A DNA stretch of 42,875 bases, taken from NCBI GenBank assembly GCA_040380025.1, contig JBEIJY010000018.1, positions 1 to 42,875 of the forward strand, read 5' to 3'. Shown here piece by piece: positions 19,180-29,012 of the stretch. The position numbers and the translations under genes were made by a program. The DNA comes from Bdellovibrionales bacterium. GTDB taxonomy: Bacteria > Bdellovibrionota > UBA1018 > CAIMNF01. How positions within the stretch are numbered: position 1 is the first letter of the stretch; the number at the start of each line of letters is the position of its first letter. Below the pieces are notes generated by a model, which was not told the origin of the DNA, did no database searches, and saw nothing but the letters and a program-made list of their open reading frames with translations.

Positions 19180-19971
19180 ATGCGGAACAGGGTGGGGGGA
19201 GTTCAGGCCGTCTGGGAGTTCTGCCGACGGATCCTCGACTGTGGTCCTGCCGTTTTTTTTCTCTTCGCCCTAACCGCATGCGGAAAAAAAGGCAGCGAGG
19301 TCATCAAGGAGTGCGTCCTTGCGGAGGATCAGTCCGCTACCCTGATCGGGAAATGGTCTGCAAATCCGGTTCCGGTTGCGGTGATCGCGAATGATTTCTC
19401 CTCAAACGAGCTTCAGGCGATTCGTGCCGCCATCGGAACCTGGAATTCGTTTTTCACCGCTTCGAAAGGGTTTCAGATTTATCTTTCAGAGGGTTCGTCC
19501 CTGGGAACAGTCCGGGCCGAAACCCCGCGGATCTCGACGAGTGCGGTTTGCTCCCACACCATGGTGGCCGCAAACGGATTCACCCGGCCCATTGTCATCC
19601 AGAAATCCCGGTCCTGGAGTTATGGCAAATCAGTCATCGCACTCACGGGAACCTGTCCCGTGGCGGTGAAGGGGGCTTCGCAACGGGTGTTCACCTCTGC
19701 GGTGATGGAGATCAACTTCGTTCATTTTTTTGCGACCGGAAAGCCGGTTCCGGATCTCGAGAGCGTGATCGCCCACGAGCTCGGGCACTTGCTCGGTTTG
19801 GATCACTCCTGTGCATCCAAGGCGAAGACCGGCTTTGCTTCGTGCCAGGGAGCGGGGGTCGATTACATCGAGGCGCTCATGTTCCCGAGCCTCGGCTTCG
19901 ACGGCAGCCGGGGGCGGATCCGGCGCGAACTCGGAACAAACGATCAACGACGGGCAAATTGCCTTTACTGA
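19180..19971 (+). CDS. Matrixin-like (metzincin) zinc metalloprotease lipoprotein
   Basis: HELGHLLGLDH zinc motif, ALMFP Met-turn, LTAC lipobox. Confidence 0.85.
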   Translation: MRNRVGGVQAVWEFCRRILDCGPAVFFLFALTACGKKGSEVIKECVLAEDQSATLIGKWSANPVPVAVIANDFSSNELQAIRAAIGTWNSFFTASKGFQIYLSEGSSLGTVRAETPRISTSAVCSHTMVAANGFTRPIVIQKSRSWSYGKSVIALTGTCPVAVKGASQRVFTSAVMEINFVHFFATGKPVPDLESVIAHELGHLLGLDHSCASKAKTGFASCQGAGVDYIEALMFPSLGFDGSRGRIRRELGTNDQRRANCLY

Positions 19972-19993
19972 GGCCCTCTGCTACATTTCCCGA

Positions 19994-22672
19994 ATGTCAA
20001 ATGCGGGAAAAGTCTTTCCAAAAACTGATGCATTGAATCCGGATTCGCTTCCGAAAACCCTCGATTTCGCGGCCGTCGAATCCGCACTGCAATCGCGCTG
20101 GGAACAGGAGGGCATCTATCGCTATCGTGAATCCGACTCCCGTCCCGTGTTCGCGGTCGATACGCCGCCCCCCACGGTTTCCGGATCGCTCCATGTCGGG
20201 CACATTTTCAGTTACACCCAGACCGATATTCTGGCGCGTTTTCAGCGCATGAACGGAAAAAACGTCTTTTACCCGATGGGATGGGACGACAATGGGCTTC
20301 CCACCGAGCGACGGGTCCAGAATTTTTTCCATATCCGGTGCGAGGCGAACGAGCCCTATGTGCCGGGGCTTGATCTTCCGCCTGTTCTCTCGACCATGAC
20401 CGAAAAGGAGCTCGAGGCATCCAAAACCCCGCAAAAGAACCTTTCGCGGAAGAACTTCATCGAGCACTGCCACAAGCTCACCCATGAGGACGAGAAGTTT
20501 TTTCGGAATCTTTGGAGCCGGATCGGCCTCTCGGTCGACTGGAATCTCGAGTACGCGACGATCGATGATCGCTCCCGGACGATCGCCCAGTTGAGCTTTC
20601 TCGATCTCCATCAAAAAAACGAGATGTACCAGGTCGAGGCGCCCACCCTGTGGGATACCGATTTCCAAACCGCAGTCGCCCAGGCCGAACTCGAGGATCG
20701 CGAGATCCCGGGCGCATTCCATGACATCGAATTCCAGATCGAGGGGGGCGGTTCGTTCGTGATCTCCACCACGAGGCCTGAGCTCCTTCCGGCCTGTGTC
20801 GGAATCGCCGCGCATCCCGAAGATGCCCGCTATCGGCAGTTCATCGGAAAGTATGCCCTGAGCCCTTTGTTTGGCGCCAAGGTTCCTGTGTTTGCGAGTC
20901 CGCTCGTGAACCCCGAAAAGGGCACGGGGATTCTCATGGTCTGCACCTTCGGCGATCAGACCGACGTGCAGTGGTGGCGCGAGCAGAATCTTGCCCTCCG
21001 GCAGATCATCGGTCGCGACGGAAGGCTTCAGCCCGTTCGATTCGGGTCCGCCACCTTTCCCTCCCTCGATCCCGAGCATGCGAATGCCTCGTATCAGAAT
21101 CTTCAAGGGAAGACCGTGAAGCAGGCACAGAAAGCCGTGGTCGAGATGTTGCAATCGGCGGGGGTCCTGAAGGGCGAGCCCAAGCCGATCCGGCACGCCG
21201 TGAAGTTTTACGAAAAGGGCGATCGTCCGGTCGAGATCCTGACCACCCGGCAGTGGTTCGTGAAGCTCGTCGACAAGAAAGAGCGCCTGATCGAGTTCGG
21301 CTCGAGAATCCAGTGGCATCCCGAGTTCATGTTCTCTCGGTTCAAGAACTGGACGGAGAATCTCGGAATCGACTGGTGCGTGAGCCGTCAGCGGTTCTTC
21401 GGAGTCAGCATTCCAGTCTGGTACCGCCTTGATGCGAACGGAGCCGTCGACCACTCCAGTCCGATCATCGCGGCCCGCGAGCAGTTGCCGGTCGATCCGA
21501 TGTCCGACACGCCTCCCGGGTTCGCCGAAAATCAACGCGGAAAGCCCAGTGGCTTCGTGGGAGAGTCTGATGTGTTCGACACCTGGTTCACGTCGTCCCT
21601 GACCCCCCAGCTCGGCTCCCACTGGGAGTTGAATCCTGCGCGCCACAACGCGATTTTTCCGATGGATGTCCGCCCTCAGTCGCACGAGATCATCCGAACT
21701 TGGGCTTTTTACACCATCGCCAAAGCCATGCTCCACGAGTCCAAGATTCCTTGGAAGCACATTGTGATCTCCGGTTGGGTTCTCGACCCCGATCGCAAAA
21801 AGATGTCAAAATCGAAGGGCAATGTGGTGACTCCCGCTCAGTTCATCGACGAATCCGGTGCAGACTCGGTCCGGTATTGGGCCGGTCTTGCCCGCTACGG
21901 GGTCGATACGGCCTTTGATCCGGGCGTGATCAAGATCGGTCGTCGCCTTGCCATGAAGCTCTTCAATGCCGGCAAATTCGTCCTGACTCAAGGGGCGGCT
22001 GAGGGGGCGATCACCGAGGCTCTCGATCTCGCCTTCCTCGCCAAGCTGAAGGATCAGGTCGATGCGGCACGGAAGTCATTCGATTCCTTCGAGCCCGCGC
22101 AGGCCCTCATGGAAACCGAGAAGTTCTTCTGGTCCCATTTCACGGATTCCTATTTGGAGCTTGTAAAGGGACGGACTTGGGGCGAAAAAACCTCGCCTGC
22201 AGAAATCGCGGCCAAGGCCTCGGCGGTCCATTCGCTTCGATTTGCGCTGAAGACCCTCCTCAAGCTCTTTGCGCCGTTTCTGCCCTACACCACCGAAGAG
22301 GTGTGGGGGTACGCGTTCCGCGGTGAGTCCGAAAGCATCCATCTGGCCTCGTTTCCGCGCGCATCCGACTTTGAGGGAATTCCAGCCGGGATTCCCGCCG
22401 TGTTCGATGCCGCGATGGCCGCGCAGAGTGCGATCAATCAGCAAAAAACGGTCTCCAAGGTCTCGATCGCTCGCCCTGTGGCTTCGATCGCTCTCGTCGC
22501 GAATTCGCACACGATCGAAGCGGTGATTCCCGCCCAGAAAGATGTGATGGCCGCATCGAAGGTGGAATCGATCGAATGGATCCGGGATGAGGCGCTCCCC
22601 GCAAACGAATTCCGGGTGGGGCGGATCGAATACGGGCCTGACCCGAAGGCCCAGCCGCCTGTTTCCGGCTAA
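19994..22672 (+). CDS. valS: Valyl-tRNA synthetase (short type)
   Basis: DTPPPTVSGSLHVGH, GWDDNGLPTER, DWCVSRQR, KMSKSKGN. Confidence 0.96.
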   Translation: MSNAGKVFPKTDALNPDSLPKTLDFAAVESALQSRWEQEGIYRYRESDSRPVFAVDTPPPTVSGSLHVGHIFSYTQTDILARFQRMNGKNVFYPMGWDDNGLPTERRVQNFFHIRCEANEPYVPGLDLPPVLSTMTEKELEASKTPQKNLSRKNFIEHCHKLTHEDEKFFRNLWSRIGLSVDWNLEYATIDDRSRTIAQLSFLDLHQKNEMYQVEAPTLWDTDFQTAVAQAELEDREIPGAFHDIEFQIEGGGSFVISTTRPELLPACVGIAAHPEDARYRQFIGKYALSPLFGAKVPVFASPLVNPEKGTGILMVCTFGDQTDVQWWREQNLALRQIIGRDGRLQPVRFGSATFPSLDPEHANASYQNLQGKTVKQAQKAVVEMLQSAGVLKGEPKPIRHAVKFYEKGDRPVEILTTRQWFVKLVDKKERLIEFGSRIQWHPEFMFSRFKNWTENLGIDWCVSRQRFFGVSIPVWYRLDANGAVDHSSPIIAAREQLPVDPMSDTPPGFAENQRGKPSGFVGESDVFDTWFTSSLTPQLGSHWELNPARHNAIFPMDVRPQSHEIIRTWAFYTIAKAMLHESKIPWKHIVISGWVLDPDRKKMSKSKGNVVTPAQFIDESGADSVRYWAGLARYGVDTAFDPGVIKIGRRLAMKLFNAGKFVLTQGAAEGAITEALDLAFLAKLKDQVDAARKSFDSFEPAQALMETEKFFWSHFTDSYLELVKGRTWGEKTSPAEIAAKASAVHSLRFALKTLLKLFAPFLPYTTEEVWGYAFRGESESIHLASFPRASDFEGIPAGIPAVFDAAMAAQSAINQQKTVSKVSIARPVASIALVANSHTIEAVIPAQKDVMAASKVESIEWIRDEALPANEFRVGRIEYGPDPKAQPPVSG

Positions 22673-23151
22673 ATCAGCAGAGGATGGACATCGCTCGTTT
22701 TCAGTTCCATCACCAGAGCCGTCTCGCCGTTCGAGTAGAATCCCTTGCGCTCGTGGGTCTTTTTGAATCCGATGCGCTCATACACGCGAATCGCCGTTTC
22801 ATTGCTCTCGCGGACCTCGAGAATCACCTTCGGAATCTCTTCGCGGACGGCTTCGTTCACCATGGCTGAGATCAGAATGCGCGAGAATCCGAATCCGCGG
22901 CATCCGGGGGCAACGGTCACATTCAGGAGCGACACCGCCTCGGCCTGGAGCCAGTACACCATGTATCCGAGAACGATCGAGTCCGTTTCGTCATCGGTGA
23001 GGACGAGGAATCGTGAGTAGGGAATCGAAAGCTCCTGCCGAAAGTGCGCCTCGCTCCAGGGTTCAGGATGGCTTTGCTTTTCGATCTGGGAAACCCCGGG
23101 AAGGTCCTCGGTGGTCCCGGGTCTCAGGCTGATGCTGGGCTGGTGGTTCAT
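22669..23151 (-). CDS. rimI: RimI-like GNAT N-acetyltransferase
   Basis: PWS, LLNVTV, RGFG, LEVRESNETAIRVYERIGF, FYSNGETA. Confidence 0.88.
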   Translation of the reverse strand: MNHQPSISLRPGTTEDLPGVSQIEKQSHPEPWSEAHFRQELSIPYSRFLVLTDDETDSIVLGYMVYWLQAEAVSLLNVTVAPGCRGFGFSRILISAMVNEAVREEIPKVILEVRESNETAIRVYERIGFKKTHERKGFYSNGETALVMELKTSDVHPLLI

Positions 23152-23273
23152 TCCGCAAGTGAATCCCGTCCGGTCTTCGATTGCAATGGGTCTTCGATTG
23201 TGAATGTCCGGTGCACAATGCCAGATGCGGGCTTCTGCGATTTGGGCTAGTCTGGATCCAGGAGGGCCGAGGC

Positions 23274-24692
23274 ATGAAACGCGGCGTGATCTATGATGTG
23301 CTCTACGGGTTCGTTCCCATCACCGAGTGGGAAGAGAAGATCATCAATTCCCCGTTCTTCCAGCGGCTTCGTTGGATCAAGCAGCTGAGCTTCGCGAACT
23401 ACATCTTTCCGGGTGCCGAGCACAACCGCTTCGGGCACACGATCGGAGTGATGCATTCGATGGACCAGATGTTGCGGGCGCTCGGTCTCGCCGTGCCCGA
23501 TCACGAGCTCTTCGACCCCAAGGCGACCTCGCAAAGGGCCATGCTCCACAAAAGTCTGCGCATTTGCGCGCTCATGCACGACATCGGCACATTTCCGTTC
23601 TCCCACACGGTCGAATACGCGTACATGAAGCACGGAAACGACAAGCGCAGGCTTCCCGAGCGGGCGAAGAAGCTCTCGAACAATCACGAGCATCTGGGCG
23701 CTTTCATCATCAAAAATACCCGCTATGAGGATGGAATCACCCGGATCCTCGAGGAGTTCGGATTCGACGTGGTGATGATCTCGAAAATCATCAAGGGTGA
23801 GTCTCCGTACACGATCGCAAACCAGCTGATGCACTCCGATCTCGATGCCGATCGCATGGATTATCTTCTACGCGATTCGTATTACACCGGCATTCAGTAC
23901 GGGCAGTTCGACCGCGATTACATTCTGGCGAATCTCACGACCTTCGATCTCGGACGGGGCCAGCTCGGGTTCGGTGTCCGCGACAACGCCATGCGGGCGG
24001 TCGAGGATTTCCTGATCGCGCGCTTCAACTGGTACTCGCAGGTGATCCGCAACCCGCAGTCCTCGAAGTTCGACGTGATTTCGACCCGGATTGCCGAGAA
24101 GTTCCTCGATGAGGACCTGATTTACCAGTTCCATGATCTGCTTTCGATGGTCGAGGAGCGCGATGAGCGGTTCTTCTGGTGGAATGACATCTATTTCATC
24201 AACCGGTGCCAGGAAGTCCGGCATCTCGGGCTCGTCGATGACGAGAACACGCAGGAGCTGATCCAGATGCTCTTGTTCCGGAAGGCCCCGAAAACCGTGC
24301 ATCATCCCGAATTCGAACATCGCATCCTCGAGTCCACGGGCTCCGAGAAGGAGCGGGAGCGGCGCATCCGCCGCATCGGGGCGATTGTTTCGGATTTCGA
24401 GAGGGTGATCGAGGAGAGCGGCACGGGCAAGGAGTGGATCCTCGCCGACATTCCGAGCAAGGACATCGCCTTCACCGCATCGCGCGAGCGGCTGACCAAG
24501 AAGGAGCGGAAGGGGCCCTTGTATCTCGAACAGGAGCCGGTCAAGATCGTGACCAAGCGGTCGGGAGTGAAGCTTCTGATCGAGATCGAGAACTCGATCG
24601 TGAAGCGTCTGAGCCATTACATCAATTTCGTCCCGAATGTGTACGCGAACGAGTCGGCGATCCGGTTGTTTAAAGCGAAAAAGTTGCTCTAA
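23274..24692 (+). CDS. HD-domain phosphohydrolase (SAMHD1/dNTPase-like)
   Basis: FQRLRWIKQL, HNRFGHTIG, HDIG, DADRMDYLLRD; AGGAGG RBS. Confidence 0.9.
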   Translation: MKRGVIYDVLYGFVPITEWEEKIINSPFFQRLRWIKQLSFANYIFPGAEHNRFGHTIGVMHSMDQMLRALGLAVPDHELFDPKATSQRAMLHKSLRICALMHDIGTFPFSHTVEYAYMKHGNDKRRLPERAKKLSNNHEHLGAFIIKNTRYEDGITRILEEFGFDVVMISKIIKGESPYTIANQLMHSDLDADRMDYLLRDSYYTGIQYGQFDRDYILANLTTFDLGRGQLGFGVRDNAMRAVEDFLIARFNWYSQVIRNPQSSKFDVISTRIAEKFLDEDLIYQFHDLLSMVEERDERFFWWNDIYFINRCQEVRHLGLVDDENTQELIQMLLFRKAPKTVHHPEFEHRILESTGSEKERERRIRRIGAIVSDFERVIEESGTGKEWILADIPSKDIAFTASRERLTKKERKGPLYLEQEPVKIVTKRSGVKLLIEIENSIVKRLSHYINFVPNVYANESAIRLFKAKKLL

Positions 24693-24700
24693 GCGGCTTC

Positions 24701-24831
24701 GAACTGCCCCCTTTGAGTGTTCCTGATCAGTACGGTGTTTCGGGAAAGGGGCTCGGAGGCTAAAACTAAATCATTCCCACCCCTTGGGCGCACTCGCAGG
24801 GCGCAAAAGCGCAATCAAAGGGGGCGGTTTT
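24701..24831. repeat. Internally shortened copy of the palindromic repeat
   Basis: aactgccccctttgagtgt ... gctcggaggctaaaactaaatcattcccacccc ... aaagcgcaatcaaagggggcggtttt matches both termini and the right-arm interior of 3789-3991. Confidence 0.85.
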
Positions 24832-24873
24832 AAACCATTGCGCCCTTTCGAAACAGCTTCTAAGTTCTAGAAG

Positions 24874-25554
24874 ATGGAATCTGTGCGCCTGAAATCCGTG
24901 ATTCTCCTTTCGGGGGGACTCGACAGCAGTGCCAATCTCGCGTTCGCGCGTCATTTTGACGAGCCGGTGCTCGCCCTCACCGTGAACTACGGTCAGAAAG
25001 CCTGGAGCGGGGAGCTTCGCGCCTCCGAGGCCTTTGCACGGCATTATCAGGTGCCGCATCGGGTACTCGATCTCTCCTGGCTCGGAGGGCTGGGGCGGAG
25101 TGCCCTGACTTCTGCAGCCCTTGCCGTGCCGGAGCTGAATGGAAGCGATCTCGAGGACGCGGGCGTCACCAAAGAATCGGCCTCCCGGGTCTGGGTGCCG
25201 AATCGCAACGGTCTTTTTTTGAATGTCGCGGCTGCGTTTGCCGAGGGAATCGAGGCAAAACAGGTGGTGGTGGGGTTCAATCGCGAGGAGGCGGCGACCT
25301 TTCCCGATAATTCCGCACAGTTCCTGGGGGTCGCGAATCTAGCGCTCCGGTATTCCACTCGAAATTCCGTGAAGGTGATTTCTTACACCGAAATGATGGA
25401 CAAGACTGAAATCGTTTCCGCGCTCCGGAATCTGCCGGAGCCCTTTCCTTTTGATCTGGTATGGTCTTGCTATGAGGGCGGGGTCGCACCTTGCGGGAAG
25501 TGCGAATCCTGCCGGCGACTCGAGCGAGCCCGTTTTGGAGGCTCCGGAACATGA
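24874..25554 (+). CDS. queC: 7-cyano-7-deazaguanine synthase
   Basis: LSGGLDS, YGQ, WVPNRN, WSCY...CGKCESC. Confidence 0.93.
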   Translation: MESVRLKSVILLSGGLDSSANLAFARHFDEPVLALTVNYGQKAWSGELRASEAFARHYQVPHRVLDLSWLGGLGRSALTSAALAVPELNGSDLEDAGVTKESASRVWVPNRNGLFLNVAAAFAEGIEAKQVVVGFNREEAATFPDNSAQFLGVANLALRYSTRNSVKVISYTEMMDKTEIVSALRNLPEPFPFDLVWSCYEGGVAPCGKCESCRRLERARFGGSGT

Positions 25555-26108
25555 AGATCCTGCTTGCGAAAGAATCGATTCCCTACACCGGGCCCGAGCT
25601 CCGGCCCCATTTTCTTCTTTCGAAATTCGGCATCGAAGGTTCGCTTCTTGTCGCCTTCCGTGGTCCCTGCGAAGTTGCGACCGATCATCTCGTCGATTGG
25701 GAGGACCGTCTTGCCCTCGATTGCATCCGCGCCCGCGAGATGCTCCATTTTCTGGGCGAGTTCTTCGGGATCACCCTGAAAGAAGGCATCTGGATCCAGC
25801 GCCTGATCGTGAGTGAGATCGAATCGATCCTGCTCCGGAAGGGCTTGGTCGTGGTCCGGGACGGAGATGATCTTTTTGTCGAAAAAAAGAAGCTCAGTGT
25901 TTCGATCGTCACCGTTTCGCCGGTGTCGGTGCTTTTGCATCTCGGGATCAATATCGATCCCGCAGGCGCGCCCGTCGATGCGATCGGACTCGGCACGATC
26001 CTGTCCGAATCCGAAGTTCCGGCGTTCGCGCTCGAAGTGCTCGAGAGGTTCAAACGCGAATTCGAAAGTGTGGACCGGGCGGCAGTCAAGGTCCGTCCCG
26101 TGATCTGA
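25551..26108 (+). CDS. DUF366-family protein (BPL/LplA-like fold)
   Basis: YTGPELRPHF, FRGPC, LVDWED, MLHF, RDGDDL, KLSVSI, HLGINI; ATGA overlap with queC stop. Confidence 0.82.
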   Translation: MKILLAKESIPYTGPELRPHFLLSKFGIEGSLLVAFRGPCEVATDHLVDWEDRLALDCIRAREMLHFLGEFFGITLKEGIWIQRLIVSEIESILLRKGLVVVRDGDDLFVEKKKLSVSIVTVSPVSVLLHLGINIDPAGAPVDAIGLGTILSESEVPAFALEVLERFKREFESVDRAAVKVRPVI

Positions 26109-26121
26109 GAGAGGAATCATC

Positions 26122-27255
26122 ATGTCGATCCGGTTTCCAACCCATATCCAACAGCTGAAGCCCTACATCGCGGGGAAGCCCATCGAGGAGACCCGCCGGG
26201 AATACGGGGTCAAGAAAGTGATCAAGCTCGCGTCGAACGAGAACCCCCTCGGTCCCTCCCCGAAGGCCTTGCTTGCGATGAAAAAAGCGATGAAGGATCT
26301 GCAACTGTATCCCGATGCGAGCGGATACGATTTGCGGGTTGCGCTCTCCCGGTTCGAGAAAGTCCCGTTTGACGAGATCGTCCTCGGAAACGGATCGAAC
26401 GAGGTGATCGAGCTTCTTATCCGCTCTTTTTGCCTGCCCGGCGATTTCATGGTGGCGAGCGATGGCGTGTTCGCGGCCTATCCCATCTCGGCACGGATCC
26501 AGGGAGTCGACACACTCTTCACCCGCATGACCCAGGACTACCGCTTCGATCTTGGCGCGATGCTCGAGCAAATCAAAAAAGAGCCGAAAGTGAAGATTGT
26601 GGCCCTTCCGAATCCGAACAATCCGACCGGCACCTATGTGAACGAAGCCGAGCTGTCGGCCTTTCTCTCGGAGGTCGAGAGAATCCGGGACGGATCGGTC
26701 CATGTGATCCTCGATTATGCGTATTGGGAATATGTGACGGCGTCCGATCTTCCCGATCCTGTGGAGCTGTATCGCAAGTTCTCGAATGTCTCGGTCCTGA
26801 AGACATTCTCGAAGATCTACGGCCTCGGGGGACTGCGTGTCGGCTACGGGGTGATCCGTCCCGAACTTGCGGCGATGGTCCAAAAGGTGAGAATGCCATT
26901 CAATGTGTCGAGCGTGGGACTCATCGGGGCCGAGGCCGCCTTGAAGGACAAGGAGTTTGTCCGGAAGTCCGTGCGCGTGAATCTTGCGGGACTGAAGAGC
27001 ATGAAAAAAGCCTATGAGACGCTTCGGATTCCCTTCCTGCCGTCCCAAGGAAATTTTTATCTGGTGAATGTGAGGCAGGGGTTCGGGATGTCCGGCCCCG
27101 AGCTCTTCGAGACCTGTCTTCGGACCGGGTTGATTCTTCGTCCCGTGGCGAATTACGGAATGCCGGACTGGGTGCGGGTCACAATCGGAACCGAGGCGCA
27201 GAACCGTGCCGTGGTGCGGACGTTCACCGAGCTAAAAAAGTTAAAAAAAACCTAG
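26122..27255 (+). CDS. hisC: Histidinol-phosphate aminotransferase
   Basis: KLASNENPLGPSP, GNGSNE, NPNNPTG, TFSKIYGLGGLRVGY. Confidence 0.94.
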   Translation: MSIRFPTHIQQLKPYIAGKPIEETRREYGVKKVIKLASNENPLGPSPKALLAMKKAMKDLQLYPDASGYDLRVALSRFEKVPFDEIVLGNGSNEVIELLIRSFCLPGDFMVASDGVFAAYPISARIQGVDTLFTRMTQDYRFDLGAMLEQIKKEPKVKIVALPNPNNPTGTYVNEAELSAFLSEVERIRDGSVHVILDYAYWEYVTASDLPDPVELYRKFSNVSVLKTFSKIYGLGGLRVGYGVIRPELAAMVQKVRMPFNVSSVGLIGAEAALKDKEFVRKSVRVNLAGLKSMKKAYETLRIPFLPSQGNFYLVNVRQGFGMSGPELFETCLRTGLILRPVANYGMPDWVRVTIGTEAQNRAVVRTFTELKKLKKT

Positions 27256-27275
27256 CTTGTGTTAAGGTTTCCGTC

Positions 27276-27995
27276 ATGTCTACCCATTTTGTTGTAGCCG
27301 TGGACGGTCCCGCCGGAACCGGGAAGAGCTCCGCGACCAAGCGAATCGCAGATCTTCTGAATCTGGTTCATGTCGACACCGGCGCTCTCTATCGGGGAGT
27401 GGCTTGGCTCTGCTTCGAGGCGGGATTCACGCAGGATTTCGATGAGTCCGACCATGCCGCCATTTCGCGGATTTCCGAAAAAGCGAAGTTCGAGTTCAAA
27501 CGGGTGCCGGACCGCAACCCTAAAAACCGCCTGTTCGTGAACGGCAAGGATGTCACTTCGATGATCCGCACGCCCGAGATGAGCATGATGGCCTCCAAGA
27601 TCTCGGCCATTCCCGGAGTTCGTGCGGCTCTGAAAGATCTTCAGCGAAATTTGGGCCTCAAAGCCCCCTCGATTCTGGAGGGGCGTGACATCGGGACGGT
27701 GATCTTCCCCGATGCCTCGATCAAGTTCTTCATGACCGCAAGCATCGAGGAGCGCGCAAAACGCAGGCTTGCCGAACTCGAGGCGCAGGACAGTGACACC
27801 ATTCCCTTTGAAGAGCTGAAGGAGCAAATCCGCATTCGGGATGAAGGTGACTCCAATCGTTCCATCGCCCCCCTTCGAAGGGCGAATGACGCGATCGAGA
27901 TCGACACCACTCGTCTTACGCTTGATGAGGTGGTATTGTTCATGGCCGGAAAAATCCGTGAACTGCAGGCCGGACGTTCTGGCAAAAAAGGATGA
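27276..27995 (+). CDS. cmk: Cytidylate kinase
   Basis: DGPAGTGKS, DTGALYR, EGRDIGTVIFPDA. Confidence 0.96.
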   Translation: MSTHFVVAVDGPAGTGKSSATKRIADLLNLVHVDTGALYRGVAWLCFEAGFTQDFDESDHAAISRISEKAKFEFKRVPDRNPKNRLFVNGKDVTSMIRTPEMSMMASKISAIPGVRAALKDLQRNLGLKAPSILEGRDIGTVIFPDASIKFFMTASIEERAKRRLAELEAQDSDTIPFEELKEQIRIRDEGDSNRSIAPLRRANDAIEIDTTRLTLDEVVLFMAGKIRELQAGRSGKKG

Positions 27996-27998
27996 ACG

Positions 27999-29012
27999 AT
28001 GCGGATCCTCGTCACGCGAACCGATCGTCTGGGCGATGTGATTCTGGCCACTCCGGTGTTGCGCCGCCTTCGTGAGTCCGACCCCGATGCGCGGATCTCA
28101 TTTCTGGTCCGGAAGTCCTGGATGCCCGTTCTTGCTTTCGGCGAGGGAATCGATTTGATTCCGTATGATCCCGAGGAGTCCGTTTCGAGTCTCTCGGCCC
28201 GGTTGAAGGCGGGATCCTTCGATATCGCTTATGTTCTGAAGGACGAAAAAACGGTTTCGTGGGCGGTGAAAAAAGCGGGGATCCCCGTGCGATCCGGCCC
28301 GTATTCGACGTTCCGTTCCTTTTTGCTGTTCAACGAGGGACGGTTTCAAAGACGATCGCAGTGCCTCATGCATGAGGCCGAGTACAACCTCGATCTTGTG
28401 TCGCGGGTGACTCCGGCCGACGCCCCCGCGGAATTGCCGAGGGCTTGGGTTGCCACTTCAATCCACGCGGAGGAGCGCGCGCAGGCATTTTTGGTCCGCG
28501 CCGGACTCGCCGAAAAACCATTTCTCGTCATTCATCCGGGATCCAGCGGCTCGGCCCGCTATGTGAGGCCCGAGAAGCTCCACGGACTCGCCGCCGGGCT
28601 CCTCAAGCGGGGGTTTGCGGTGGTGGTCTCGGGCGGTCCGCTCGAGACGGGGCTTCTGCAGGAATTCAAGAAAGCCGTTCCCGATGCGATCCTTCTCGGG
28701 TCGGCGGAGGGCCTGGAGCTCGACGGCCTTGCCGGGGTTTATCGGAAGGCGCGAGCGGTGGTGGCACATGGAACGGGGCCGCTTCATCTCGCAGCGGCGG
28801 TCGGAACTCCTGTTTTTGCAGTGTTTCCGCCCTTGTTTGTTCTTTCAGAAAAGCGCTGGGGGCCCCTGACCGAAAACCGTTCGGTCTGGGTTCCTGACGT
28901 CGAGTGCCCCGAGAAATACCGGTGTCGCGGGCCGAAATGTGTTCACTTTGATTGCATGGACCGCTTTGAGATCGAAACCGCGGTCCGTCGTGTGGAGGAG
29001 CTTTGCTCATGA
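27999..29012 (+). CDS. Glycosyltransferase family 9 (LPS heptosyltransferase-like)
   Basis: RTDRLGDVILATP, HE, IHPGS, TGPLHLAAAVGTP, RWGP. Confidence 0.9.
   Translation: MRILVTRTDRLGDVILATPVLRRLRESDPDARISFLVRKSWMPVLAFGEGIDLIPYDPEESVSSLSARLKAGSFDIAYVLKDEKTVSWAVKKAGIPVRSGPYSTFRSFLLFNEGRFQRRSQCLMHEAEYNLDLVSRVTPADAPAELPRAWVATSIHAEERAQAFLVRAGLAEKPFLVIHPGSSGSARYVRPEKLHGLAAGLLKRGFAVVVSGGPLETGLLQEFKKAVPDAILLGSAEGLELDGLAGVYRKARAVVAHGTGPLHLAAAVGTPVFAVFPPLFVLSEKRWGPLTENRSVWVPDVECPEKYRCRGPKCVHFDCMDRFEIETAVRRVEELCS

Noticed and set aside
23274..26108. QueC-based anti-phage system (Qat/Dpd-like)
   Set aside because: QueC is of normal housekeeping length, and there is no TatD, ATPase or DpdA neighbour; it runs into hisC-cmk
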